A DNA stretch of 64,000 bases from Bryobacteraceae bacterium (GCA_965277435.1 OZ255821.1:1784930-1848929); one strand, 5' to 3'. Counted from the first letter of the stretch, positions 27,418-37,452 are shown. Notes: a model not told the origin generated them from the sequence alone. Program-made: numbers and translations.

Positions 27418-28362
27418 TTAAGCCGGCCGAACTCTTCGCCAAGCCGATCCCACCAAGGATCCGATTGGAGTAGTACAAACCAGCGATGCCATCGAGTAAG
27501 GTATTTGCCAGTTGGCCTCGTGGTGGTATTGATGCCGGATTCGCCGTGCCTCGCGCCAGTTTCCCCAAAACCCGAAAACACAGGCTGTCTTGAATGCACG
27601 AGCTGCAAGAAACTTCACCAGAAGTGATCGGAGCTCGGATGGGCAGGATGACTGCACTAACTCCGGGTGTACTAAGAACGGCTCTATTGGCCGACAGCCC
27701 GTTAAATTTTTGCTTAACTGGGCTGCATCCCGATAAATTAACGTGAGCGGCTCCAATGTAAAGTGCACGGGATGGTTAAGCGCAACTTGCAGGAACAGGA
27801 AAGCGTCCTCTGCATAACGACATCGTTCCCTATCGTAAAAGCCTCCCAGCTGCCTAATGACTTTCGCTCGTATCACCGTTGTGCAAGGATGCATGTACGC
27901 GACGGCATATACAAGAAAGCCTGGATCCGTGTCTTGTGATATCTGGCATGACCCTTCTCTAATTCCCCGTTTGTGCCAAAGCTCCTCGATGTCTGCCGTT
28001 GATGGATATTCGCGATATTGACAAGTGGTGGATGCCGCAGTTGGATGAGCATCCAGCAACGTAACCGCCCGCATCAGATATTCTGGCAGCCAGACATCAT
28101 CAGCGTCTAAAAAGGCCACGTACTCGCCTCTTGCTTCTGCCAAGCCCCGGTTGCGGGCTGCACCTGGTCCAGCGTTCTGTTGGTGAATCACGCGGATCCG
28201 TACATCAACAAACATCTCTGCTATCCGCTCGCTTCCGTCGGTAGACCCATCATTAACAACGATCAACTCGAACTCACTAAGTGTTTGGGCACAGATGCTG
28301 CTAAGGCATCGACTGATGAACTGAGCTTTATTGTAGAGCGGAACGATCACACTAACACGCAT
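27418..28362 (-). CDS. glycosyltransferase, GT2 family
   Basis: The start at ATG 28362 (MRVSVIVPLYNKAQFISRCL) is preceded by GAGGAG. Motifs VNDGSTDGS and LDADD. The longer ORF-track N-terminus looks spurious. Confidence 0.85.
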   Translation of the reverse strand: MRVSVIVPLYNKAQFISRCLSSICAQTLSEFELIVVNDGSTDGSERIAEMFVDVRIRVIHQQNAGPGAARNRGLAEARGEYVAFLDADDVWLPEYLMRAVTLLDAHPTAASTTCQYREYPSTADIEELWHKRGIREGSCQISQDTDPGFLVYAVAYMHPCTTVIRAKVIRQLGGFYDRERCRYAEDAFLFLQVALNHPVHFTLEPLTLIYRDAAQLSKNLTGCRPIEPFLVHPELVQSSCPSELRSLLVKFLAARAFKTACVFGFWGNWREARRIRHQYHHEANWQIPYSMASLVCTTPIGSLVGSAWRRVRPA

Positions 28363-28569
28363 AGGGCAACTCCTCTTTACCTTGGAAATAAAGGTGCCGA
28401 GTTGATCAGGCAGAAACACTAGATCCCGGCTACAGAGTTCATCGGCAAACCGCGGCCGAAACTTTAGGTTTTGTTTGTTGACTGGTGAACGGAAAAGCGG
28501 GGACAATCGTGCGGCGTCCGACTATCGGCGAAGTTGTCTGGGAGCGCGGCAGATGTGGTATCTGGAGAG

Positions 28570-29005
28570 CAGCTGAAGGCGGCAGATATGGACTCAGAAA
28601 TCAATCCGTTGCTGTGGTCCTGGGCGGCGCGCCTTGACAACCAAGAGCTCGTGGAGTTGCATCATTAGGAAGGCAGTTATTGGTGCCGCTCTCTCCGGCC
28701 GGGAAGAACAGCTCGGGTTCTTAACCTTGGAGCGGCGCTACTCGGAAGCGCTTATACGAAGCGCCACGGTGCAGCTCGGAAGCGGAGATCTCATCGTACT
28801 CTTCACATATGGCGTGTCGGAAGCGATGAATATGGAAGAGGAAGAATGGGGCGAAGAGAAGTTGCTTGCCGCCTTGCAGCTCAGTGGCAGGCGAGACCCG
28901 GAAGGACTTGTGGAAGCAGTATTTCAGGCTGCCGATACCTTCGCCGGCGCTGCGCCGCAGCACGATGACATGACCATTGTCATCCTGAACGTCGGAGAGC
29001 AGTGA
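28570..29005 (+). pseudogene. decayed, internally deleted remnant of a PP2C phosphatase paralog (3' part only)
   Basis: The nucleotide and protein sequence parallels the 3' end of the 23476-25821 gene (EEEWGEEKLLAALQL...AVFQAADTFAGAAPQHDDMTIVIL). It has an in-frame stop (LHH*), lacks the whole catalytic core, and has no credible start. Confidence 0.7.
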
Positions 29006-29008
29006 GAG

Positions 29009-31368
29009 ATGCCGGAACCAAATTCCAATCGCTCTCGATACATTGCGCTCAGCCTTTGGTTTGTAATTGCGGTAGCCTTCCAGCTAGCGATATCGCTCTC
29101 GACTCTTTCGAGCATCTGGTCTGACGCGCATCATTTTCAAGTCAGCATGTTGCGGTCTTGGACTCTTGACGTACTCCTACGCGTTATAAATCCATTCCTT
29201 TGTTTGGTCCTCGGCTTTTACGTTGCCGTTGTCCGGACACGCGATCGCAGGGCCTGGTTACTGCTCGGGCTTCTCTGGAGTTTCAGTGTTGTTGGCGACG
29301 GCTCAAATTGGCCGGATGAGGTGATGGCGTGGAAAGCTCCCTTCAACCACCTCGCTCTGGTGTATCGCAGAACCGCAACCTGGAGCTGGCCAGTCTGGAT
29401 GATTTTGTTTTCTTTCTACTTTCCCGAAACGGCGGATTCGACCGCCGCGTGCCGGGTCTTAAATGGGGACTGCTGGCGCCGGCGACTCTGGCAGGCTTGT
29501 TTGTGGCCGTGACGGGAATTCTCCGCAATGAAATTCGCGCCTCCGACAATTTTCCGGCTTATGACGTTGTAGCGAGAATATTGATCTGGTTCACGGTCCT
29601 GATTTTTGTTGTCGTATTTGCGAGAAAGCTCGTTCTGACGCGGGATCCCGATGATCGCCGCCGGCTGCGTGTCTTAGCTGCGGGTTTGTTAATCAGTTTT
29701 GTTCCGCAATCTCTGGCAGACTCTTACTCGAGATTCATGCATGTGCCCGAGATATCGTTTCCTTTCTGGTTCACCATCCCGGTGGTTGCACTGTTGCTGC
29801 TCTTTCCTATTACGCTCGCATACGTAACCGTAGTGCAGCGCGCCCTCGACGTAAGGGTGATCGTGCGCCAAGGCCTGCAATACGCGCTAGCGAGGCGCGG
29901 TTTGATCGTAATACAGATTTTTGTGTCTTTGATTGTTGTTCTGCTCGTCGCCCTCCTATCGGGAAGAATGACCTTTGCGCAACGCGCTACTCTCACCGCT
30001 GCCGGTATCGGCACGATCCTGATTATCGGTCTCGGAGCGCAAAAACTGGCTTCCTGGATCGACCGGCGTTTCTTTCGCGAAGCCAACTACGCCGAACAAC
30101 TGCTCGCTAACCTAGCCGACTCAGTGAGCTCTCTAATTGAACTCGCGCCGCTGCTGACGACGGTAGCAACGCGCATCAAGGAGGCGCTGCATATCTCGGA
30201 AGTCGCCGTCTTCCTGTGTGAACAAAACGCTTACCGGCTCGCCTTCGCGAGCGGCTATACAGAACCGCCCTCGATTGAGTTCGCCAATAGCTCAGTGACC
30301 GTGAACACACTCCAGCAAGCCCGGCAAGCATTACCGGTCTATCTTGATGACTCCCGATCCTGGATAACGCAGCTCAGCAAAGTGGAACGCGCCGAACTCG
30401 ATCTATTAGGCACGCAGTTGCTCGTGCCACTCGCGCGCCGAGAGGAGTTGCTGGGATTCTTGAGCTTAGGCCGGCGTGACGCGGAAGCGCCCTACACCAG
30501 CAACGACGTGCGCTTGCTGCAATCGGTGGCGCAGCAGACGGCTGTGGCGGTCGAGAACAGTCGTCTTACGACTACCATTGCAAACGAAGCCGCCGAGCGG
30601 GAAGTGCTGCAGCGTGAACTCTCGATCGCACGCGATGTGCAGCAGCGGCTGCTTCCTCAAACTCTGCCTCGGGTTGCTGGTCTCGACTGCTTCGGATTGT
30701 GTCGTCCCGCGCGGGAAGTAGGCGGCGATTACTACGACTTTTTGGAGCTGCCTAATCAAGTACTCGGTCTTGCCATCGGCGATGTAGCGGGAAAAGGCAT
30801 TCCAGCCTCCTTGCTGATGGCCAGCCTGCAGGCTTCTCTACGCGGCCAGACAATGGGCGGCTGCGACAACCTGGAAACGCTCGTCAAGAATGTGAATCAA
30901 CTGGTGTATGCCGCATCGCCCGTTAATCGCTACGCGACTTTTTTCTATGCGCAATACGATGCCGCGCAGCTAAAACTCACTTACGTGAATGCCGGGCACA
31001 ACGCTCCCCTATTGCTGCGCTGCGATGCCGGCCGGCGAGAGTTACTCCGGCTCGAGACCGGCGGTCCACCCGTAGGGCTTGTGCCATTCTCCGCTTATCA
31101 GAGCGGCGCCATGCAGCTGCGAAGCGGAGATCTCATTGTTTTCTTTACTGACGGCATATCGGAAGCGATGAATTCGCAAGAGGAAGAATGGGGCGAAGAG
31201 AATCTGATTGGCATCCTGCAGGGCAGCGACAACAGACGCCCTGAAACGCTGGTGGATGAAATCTTCCGCGCCGCCGACAGTTTTGCAGGCGGGGCGCCAC
31301 AGCATGACGATATGACGATTGTGATTCTCAGCTTGACCGGGGTGCCTGGTTATCAGCCGCTTGCCTGA
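29009..31368 (+). CDS. multi-TM sensor / GAF / PP2C phosphatase, paralog 3, interrupted by a 1-nt frameshift near 29423-29431 (a real pseudogene or a sequencing error)
   Basis: ORF 29009-29512 matches the paralog N-terminus up to FYFPE. ORF 29329-31368, in another frame, resumes at FDRRVPGLKW and carries all the PP2C motifs through QHDDMTIVI. Confidence 0.7.
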
Positions 31369-31435
31369 TGATTTAAGGCGCGTCTTGAGACTACTCGTAC
31401 GCTTGCGGCACTACTTGCTCATGGACAACGGCGGC

Positions 31436-32188
31436 ATGATCGTTCGAGGACTTTTTCTTACGAGCGCGTTGGCGGCGGTTCTAGCCGCCCAGGAAAAGAT
31501 CCCGGCCGACGTGCAGGCGAGCGTCGCTCAATTATTCAAGATGCATGAAGCCTGGGGGCCAGGACTGAACTCGCCGAACGCGGCCATGACTCTGAAAGAG
31601 ATTTCGCGATCGGGGCAGACGATCAGGTATCGGATTTTCGCCAGCGGCTTGCCTCGGGAAGCCGTTTACACGCTGGTGAATTGGCCAGTCACTTTTCGGA
31701 GCCCGGTTCAAGCGCTTTCCGGTGTCACGCTGGATAAAACGGGACTCGCCATCTGCGCGGGAAAGCCTGGGACATGTGGCGACCCTAAGACGCCCAATGA
31801 CCCGATTGACCTGCCGATAAACCCAGCCAAGGGAGAGCCAGTCCGGTTAGGATTGATTTCGGGCGAAACGCTAAAAGCGTTCTACAAAATCGTTCCAGTG
31901 CCAATTGCCGGCACCGACAAAACTTGCCGGGCAGAGATCGTGTTGCTGACGCCGAAGGCAGAGGCTGTGTTGCTGGAGGCCAGCGGCTTTCGTGCGCAAA
32001 GTCCGCTCAAAATGTTGACCGAATCGGAAGGAGAGCGCCACGAATTGTCCGTAATGGCCGATGCAACAGGAAACTACAAGTCCATGGTGCTTCCGTTTGT
32101 CCAGGGCAAGCAGCATGGAACAATGCATGTCACCGTTTCATCCGACGCCTGTTCACCCGCGCTGAACTTCCCCTGGGGCGCTGAGTAA
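31436..32188 (+). CDS. hypothetical secreted protein
   Basis: The ATG at 31436 gives the signal-like MIVRGLFLTSALAAVLAAQ. I recognised no family. An alternative start is at 31421. Confidence 0.5.
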   Translation: MIVRGLFLTSALAAVLAAQEKIPADVQASVAQLFKMHEAWGPGLNSPNAAMTLKEISRSGQTIRYRIFASGLPREAVYTLVNWPVTFRSPVQALSGVTLDKTGLAICAGKPGTCGDPKTPNDPIDLPINPAKGEPVRLGLISGETLKAFYKIVPVPIAGTDKTCRAEIVLLTPKAEAVLLEASGFRAQSPLKMLTESEGERHELSVMADATGNYKSMVLPFVQGKQHGTMHVTVSSDACSPALNFPWGAE

Positions 32189-32196
32189 GATTCTGC

Positions 32197-33621
32197 CTAG
32201 CGCAGCGAAAGCGTTTGTAACATCCTCTGAAAAATCGGCCGCAGCTTTTCAAAATCCTGCGGGGGCGCTACAAACACAAAGTATCTAAGCGCGTTATCAT
32301 CCTGCGGAAAAGCCACCACCCAGTCCTTTTCACCTTTACCGTCGTTGCCCGAAGCATTGCTGCACTCAACGGAACGTCCGCTCACTCCGCCCGCAGTAAC
32401 ATCGCTCTGCGCGCCGGGAATCAGTCCGGGGTTATCGCGCGCCATACCTCTTATTAGCGAATCGAGCGCCGCGCCCATCGTCATGCGCCCCTGAATTTGA
32501 TACACATCCGTCAACATGCCGTAGACGACCCCGCCCGCGCCACCATCGGATGATCGAGTGAACCCGCCGGATGGCGCAGTCATCGCCTCCACCTTGTTCC
32601 CGTAAGCCTGCCACGTGCCAGGGACGCCAATCGAAAATCCATTCCCGCGCAGCGTTTTCCAATCGCCGGCAGGTGCTAAGTCGACCGCGGACGGACTGGC
32701 AACCAGCTGTGCCGGTTGACTCACGCCCGCGCCGACCGTCTGATTCGGACTTTGCTGCTTCCAGGCACCTGAGGAGACTTCCCTAGACGTATAGGCGTGC
32801 ATCCCAGAGACCTGCGAATGGATGCTCGTGAATTCCGGCGTATTGGTCACGTTGTTGGCGCGAGGCACAAACGTGGCGATCTCTTTGTTCACGTATTCCG
32901 TGCGATTACCTGGATTTGGATGATCGCTCATGAACTGCGAGCCGCCCTTGCCGTATTTCGCCTGAATAGTCTCGAAGAACTGCGCCATGCCATGCGGATC
33001 GTAGCCGGCATCGTAGAGAATGCCGACGCCCAACAGATCCGCCTGCTGTTCGGCCCCGCGCGACATCTTCAAGAAACCTAACCCCGCGCCCATACCGATG
33101 CCTTCCTGGGCCAGTTGCCCGGCTGCGCCACCTAATAGAACGCCCGCCGCAATTTGTCCGAGACCCGCGGCCAGCCCAACTTTCTGCTGCTTGGAGGCGT
33201 TGCAGACGGAGTGCTGCAGAACGACGTGCGAAATTTCGTGCGCCATCACGCCCGCAAGCTGCGCCTCATTGTCCGCCGCCTGAATCGTTCCCAGATTTAC
33301 GAAGACGGTTCCGCCCGGCAGCGCGAAGGCGTTGATCTCGGCCACGTTGGCCACATGGAAGTTATACGGCCACTTATAGCCCGGCGCTTGCGCCGTAAGC
33401 TTCTCGCCCAAATGCTGGATATATTGGGTGATCGGACTCGAATCGGGCAGCACCGGCATCTGCTTATAAACCTGTTGCGCGGCTTTTTGTCCGAGCGCGA
33501 TCTGCTGTTCCGGCGAATAGTTGTTTTTGCAAGGCGCGATCTCCACGCGCGCCCAGCCAGGCAACGGGCACATGGTTACCAATGCAAAAAGCACCAAACT
33601 GCTGCGAAGAAGGCGGCCCAT
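32197..33621 (-). CDS. M48 family zinc metallopeptidase with a C-terminal extension
   Basis: HEISHVVLQH zinc motif. The start at M19 of the ORF-track model gives the signal peptide MGRLLRSSLVLFALV. Confidence 0.85.
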   Translation of the reverse strand: MGRLLRSSLVLFALVTMCPLPGWARVEIAPCKNNYSPEQQIALGQKAAQQVYKQMPVLPDSSPITQYIQHLGEKLTAQAPGYKWPYNFHVANVAEINAFALPGGTVFVNLGTIQAADNEAQLAGVMAHEISHVVLQHSVCNASKQQKVGLAAGLGQIAAGVLLGGAAGQLAQEGIGMGAGLGFLKMSRGAEQQADLLGVGILYDAGYDPHGMAQFFETIQAKYGKGGSQFMSDHPNPGNRTEYVNKEIATFVPRANNVTNTPEFTSIHSQVSGMHAYTSREVSSGAWKQQSPNQTVGAGVSQPAQLVASPSAVDLAPAGDWKTLRGNGFSIGVPGTWQAYGNKVEAMTAPSGGFTRSSDGGAGGVVYGMLTDVYQIQGRMTMGAALDSLIRGMARDNPGLIPGAQSDVTAGGVSGRSVECSNASGNDGKGEKDWVVAFPQDDNALRYFVFVAPPQDFEKLRPIFQRMLQTLSLR

Positions 33622-33625
33622 CACA

Positions 33626-34468
33626 CTAATCGCCCGCAATGCTCGATGGTTGCCGGGTGAGCTTGGCCGAACCATTGGCGAAGTGATTCACCGGGCCCAT
33701 GCCACGGCCCAGCTTCGGCGCGGTTTCAATCGCCAGCTGTACGTACTGTCTGGAAAGCAAAATCGCCTCCGGCAGCGTGTTGCCAAACGCCAGGGCGGCC
33801 GCGATCGCCGCCGAGTATGTGCAGCCAGTGCCGTGTGTGTGCTTTGTCGGTACGCGGCTGCCGGAATACGGAGAGCCGTTATTGAAGGGAGCCGAGCGAG
33901 AAGAGGGCGACCGCAGAATGTCAACCGGCTCACCGGGCAAGTGGCCGCCTTTCACCAGCACCGCCTTGCAACCAAACTGCAAAATCCGATCGCCTGCCTC
34001 GCACATTTCTTCTTCGTTTCGAATTTTCATGCCGGCCAGCGACTCGGCTTCCGGAATATTCGGTGTCACCAGAAATGCGTGCGGCAGCAGCCTGTGTTTC
34101 AAAACTTCCTCACCTTTTTGCGAGAGCAGGCGGCCGCCGGACTTGCTGATCATAACCGGGTCGACCACCAGCGGGAAGGTAAAAGTTTTGGCCAGCGCAG
34201 CCACCGCCTCGACCACTTCCGCGCTGCCAAGCGCACCGGTCTTGGCGGCCTTTGGCGGAATGTCGTCGAGCACGGACAGGATCTGCTCGGTGACCAGGTC
34301 AGCCGGCATATACTCGACTCGCGAGAATCGCTGCGTGTTCTGCACGGTAACGAGTGTCACTACCGCCTCGCCGTACACACCGAACTGATGGAAAGTTTTG
34401 AGATCAGCTTGTATGCCGGCGCCCCCACTGGGGTCGGAGCCGGCAATGGTCAGGGCTACCGTTGCCAT
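33626..34468 (-). CDS. thiD: hydroxymethylpyrimidine/phosphomethylpyrimidine kinase
   Basis: N-terminus VALTIAGSDPSGGAGIQADLKTF, with ThiD similarity along the full length. Confidence 0.9.
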   Translation of the reverse strand: MATVALTIAGSDPSGGAGIQADLKTFHQFGVYGEAVVTLVTVQNTQRFSRVEYMPADLVTEQILSVLDDIPPKAAKTGALGSAEVVEAVAALAKTFTFPLVVDPVMISKSGGRLLSQKGEEVLKHRLLPHAFLVTPNIPEAESLAGMKIRNEEEMCEAGDRILQFGCKAVLVKGGHLPGEPVDILRSPSSRSAPFNNGSPYSGSRVPTKHTHGTGCTYSAAIAAALAFGNTLPEAILLSRQYVQLAIETAPKLGRGMGPVNHFANGSAKLTRQPSSIAGD

Positions 34469-34526
34469 GTTTAAACGTTAGCGCAAGGCGAAGCGCGAAA
34501 AACCAACCGCATCGTGAAAAAAGTGC

Positions 34527-35300
34527 CTATGCATTGCGGCGGTAGTCGCCGCGGCTGAAGTATTTTTCCAGCCACACATAGAGGACGATGAAGAGATAGC
34601 GGCTGCCCATTTCCTTAATCTTTAATTTGGGTACCCCGGACCTGCGGTTGCGCCAGGTTATAGGGATCACCGTCCAGCTATAGCCGCGCACGATCGTCTT
34701 GAGTGGCAGTTCGACTGTAAGATTGAAGTGCGGTGACATCAGCGGGCGGCAGCCGTCGATCACGGTGGCACGATAGGCCTTGAAGGCGTTCGTGGTGTCG
34801 TTGAGGCGAATGTTGAAGAGCAGCCGGATGAAGAAATTCGCCAGTCGGTTGACGCGCATCTTGATCCACGGATAGTCGATGGTCCCGCCTCCCTTCACAA
34901 AACGAGAACCGAAGACAGCATCCCAGCCTTCATTCAGCAGTTGCCAGTAGCGGACCACATCGCGCGCATCGTCCGATTCGTCAGCCATCATCACGACTGC
35001 CGCATCGCCCCCCATGTGGTCGAGACCATAAATGATGGCGCGGCCAAAGCCATGCTCTCCTGTGTTCAACACAGGACGCAGCGGAGGAACACGCGTGCAT
35101 GCATCCTGCAAACGCTCCCAAGTGGTGTCGGTGCTACCGTCATCAACGACGATGATCTCGTGAGGAACTTTATGAAGACGAAGTTCGACATGCAGGTGCT
35201 CGACGGTAGAGGCGATGCAGCCTTCCTCATCGCGCGCCGGAATAACGATACTCAACAGGCGCAGTGGGGGGCGGTCGGGATCGGGTTTGGTGCTCGTCAT
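34527..35300 (-). CDS. GT2 polyprenol-phosphate glycosyltransferase (Dpm1/ArnC/GtrB-like)
   Basis: The start at ATG 35300 (MTSTKPDPDRPPLRLLSIVIPARDEE) overlaps the upstream stop as ATGA. It has the VVDDGSTD motif and a hydrophobic C-terminus. Confidence 0.8.
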   Translation of the reverse strand: MTSTKPDPDRPPLRLLSIVIPARDEEGCIASTVEHLHVELRLHKVPHEIIVVDDGSTDTTWERLQDACTRVPPLRPVLNTGEHGFGRAIIYGLDHMGGDAAVVMMADESDDARDVVRYWQLLNEGWDAVFGSRFVKGGGTIDYPWIKMRVNRLANFFIRLLFNIRLNDTTNAFKAYRATVIDGCRPLMSPHFNLTVELPLKTIVRGYSWTVIPITWRNRRSGVPKLKIKEMGSRYLFIVLYVWLEKYFSRGDYRRNA

Positions 35301-36364
35301 ACAGCACCGGTGCGTGTGAGCCAGTCCGGGTTGGCGTGCACGTGAGCTCCGATTTCGTCGAGAATATTTGTGAGCGAACGCCGCGGAGCCCAGCCAAAAT
35401 CTGCCGTGGTACGAGCAGAATCCATGACCAGCCAAGGGATGTCGAAGGGACGGGGACGCGTGTCGGGCTGCGGCGCGTGTGGGCCAAATCGCTGGTCACA
35501 CCAGGCGGTCAACTGAGCAAGAGACATCGAATTAGAAGCGCCGCCCCCGACATTATAGATGGGATCGGCGGGAGGATCGCGCTGCAATTGCAAGGCAACC
35601 AGACCGGCCAGATCGGAGGGGTGGAAAGCATCGCGCACCTGATAACCATGTCCCCCGAAGCCGATGTAGCGGAGTGGCAGACGCGCCGCATGAGCATGCA
35701 GCCAGTAGGAGAAAATCCCCTGCTCGGCGGTACCGAATTGACCGGCGCCCGCCAGCACGCCGCAGCGATTGATCCAGACAGGGAAATTAAAGGTCAGGCC
35801 ATATTCGACCGCCATGATCTCGGAAGCTAATTTGGTTGCGCCGTATAGCGAGATGGGCGGCCGGGTGGAAAAAGATTCCAGGAGGCCAGAGGCGCTCACA
35901 TTCACGGGCGCGCCCGGCCCTTCGTCATAGACAAAGGCGTTCGCCTGGGGATGAACGGGTAAAGCGGCCAGATCACGCACCGAATAAACCCGGCTGCTGC
36001 TGAGAAGAACAAATCCGGCTTTGTGTTCCCGGCAGTATTCAAGTATGTTCAGCGTGCCGCCCAGATTATGTTCCGAGAGCTGCCTGGGGCTCGAACGGCC
36101 GTCGACGCCCGCGAGAACACTGGGATGAGCCGCCGCGTCGATCACCCAATCGCAAGCCGGCAATGCTTCGAGATCGCTGCGCAGGCGCAGGTCGCCGTGC
36201 ACGTAACGCACGCCGAGCCGGGACAAATTGCGGCGATTGGTCTCCGAGCCGGGACGCAGGAGATTGTCCACGCCGACGATTTCGCAGCCCGTAAAATGTT
36301 CGCGGAGACTCGCGGCCAGACGGCTCCCAACGAACCCGCAAACACCGGTAATCAGGACCTTCAT
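35297..36364 (-). CDS. NAD-dependent epimerase/dehydratase (extended SDR)
   Basis: The start at ATG 36364 gives [16 protein letters not shown] (GxxGxxG). Catalytic YGATK is present. It shares one base with the upstream stop (TGATG). Confidence 0.85.
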   Translation of the reverse strand: MKVLITGVCGFVGSRLAASLREHFTGCEIVGVDNLLRPGSETNRRNLSRLGVRYVHGDLRLRSDLEALPACDWVIDAAAHPSVLAGVDGRSSPRQLSEHNLGGTLNILEYCREHKAGFVLLSSSRVYSVRDLAALPVHPQANAFVYDEGPGAPVNVSASGLLESFSTRPPISLYGATKLASEIMAVEYGLTFNFPVWINRCGVLAGAGQFGTAEQGIFSYWLHAHAARLPLRYIGFGGHGYQVRDAFHPSDLAGLVALQLQRDPPADPIYNVGGGASNSMSLAQLTAWCDQRFGPHAPQPDTRPRPFDIPWLVMDSARTTADFGWAPRRSLTNILDEIGAHVHANPDWLTRTGAV

Positions 36365-37452
36365 CAACGAGCAGTAGCTGCAGCGATTGGTTGCGCCTCG
36401 GCCAGACGGATCTCCCAGGACTCGGTAATTTCTCGAAACACGTCGCGCAGCGATCGCGTGATTGTCCAGCCGGGGTAGTGCGCTTTCATCTTGCGAAGGT
36501 CGCTGTAGTAGCAGATGTGGTCGCCGATGCGATTCTCTTCCACGTACCTGTACTTTTGCGGAATGCCGGTAAACTCTTCGACAATTTGGAAGGCTTCGAG
36601 AATAGAACACGAGTTCTCTTTGCCCCCACCAATGTTGTAGACCTCTCCGCTGCGGGGCGCGTCACAGAAGGCGACGATGAAGTTAGCAACATCTTCTGAA
36701 TGAATGTTGTCGCGCACCTGCTTGCCTTTGTAGCCGAAGACCTTGTATTCGCGATTTTGCAGGTTGCAGCGAATCAGGTAACTTAGAAAGCCATGCAACT
36801 CGACGCCGGCATGATTGGGTCCGGTAAGACAGCCGCCGCGCAGAGCACAGGTAGGCATGCCGAAATACCGGCCGTATTCCTGCACCATCACGTCCGACGC
36901 CACTTTTGATGCGCCGAAGAGCGAGTGCTTCGATTGATCGATCGAGAAGCTTTCCGGGATGCCGTGCTCGAAAGCTGGATCGGCGTAATCCCAGCGAGTG
37001 TCTAGTTCACGCAACGCAATCGTGTTGGGGCGATCGCCATATACTTTGTTCGTCGACATATGAACGAACGGAGATTCAGGGCAGGCGCGGCGGGCCGCTT
37101 CGAGAAAGTTCAGCGTGCCAACTGCATTGGTATCGAAATCGTCGAACGGAATGGCTGCCGCACGATCATGCGAAGGCTGAGCGGCGGTATGCACAATCAC
37201 GTCCGGCTTAATTTCATTGACGAGTTTGAGGACCCCGGCGCGATCGCGAATATCGATTTGCGAATGACGGTAGCCGCTAATCTGTGATTGAAGACGATGA
37301 AGAGAGCGGCGCGTATCGCCCTCGGGACCGAAGAATACGGAGCGCTCGTTATTGTCGACACCGTAAATCTCGAATCCATGCCGGGAAAGGTGAAGACATA
37401 CCTCTGAGCCAATGAGACCGCAAGAACCCGTAACTAACGCTTTTTTCACCAC
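36364..37452 (-). CDS. NAD-dependent epimerase/dehydratase (extended SDR, CDP-paratose-2-epimerase-like); the expected YxxxK position reads FGASK
   Basis: Motifs [16 protein letters not shown] and STNKVYGD, with full-length similarity to extended SDR sugar-nucleotide enzymes. Confidence 0.8.
   Translation of the reverse strand: MVKKALVTGSCGLIGSEVCLHLSRHGFEIYGVDNNERSVFFGPEGDTRRSLHRLQSQISGYRHSQIDIRDRAGVLKLVNEIKPDVIVHTAAQPSHDRAAAIPFDDFDTNAVGTLNFLEAARRACPESPFVHMSTNKVYGDRPNTIALRELDTRWDYADPAFEHGIPESFSIDQSKHSLFGASKVASDVMVQEYGRYFGMPTCALRGGCLTGPNHAGVELHGFLSYLIRCNLQNREYKVFGYKGKQVRDNIHSEDVANFIVAFCDAPRSGEVYNIGGGKENSCSILEAFQIVEEFTGIPQKYRYVEENRIGDHICYYSDLRKMKAHYPGWTITRSLRDVFREITESWEIRLAEAQPIAAATAR

Noticed and set aside
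33521-34474. A 317-aa plus-strand ORF, and a 229-aa ORF, antisense to thiD and the M48 peptidase start
   Set aside because: They lie antisense to genes with unmistakable family motifs, and their translations are Arg-rich with no recognisable domain.
34469-34526. A TPP riboswitch upstream of thiD
   Set aside because: The gap is only 58 nt and lacks the CUGAGA/ACCUGA thi-box elements. thiD is more likely co-transcribed with the upstream GT2/SDR genes.
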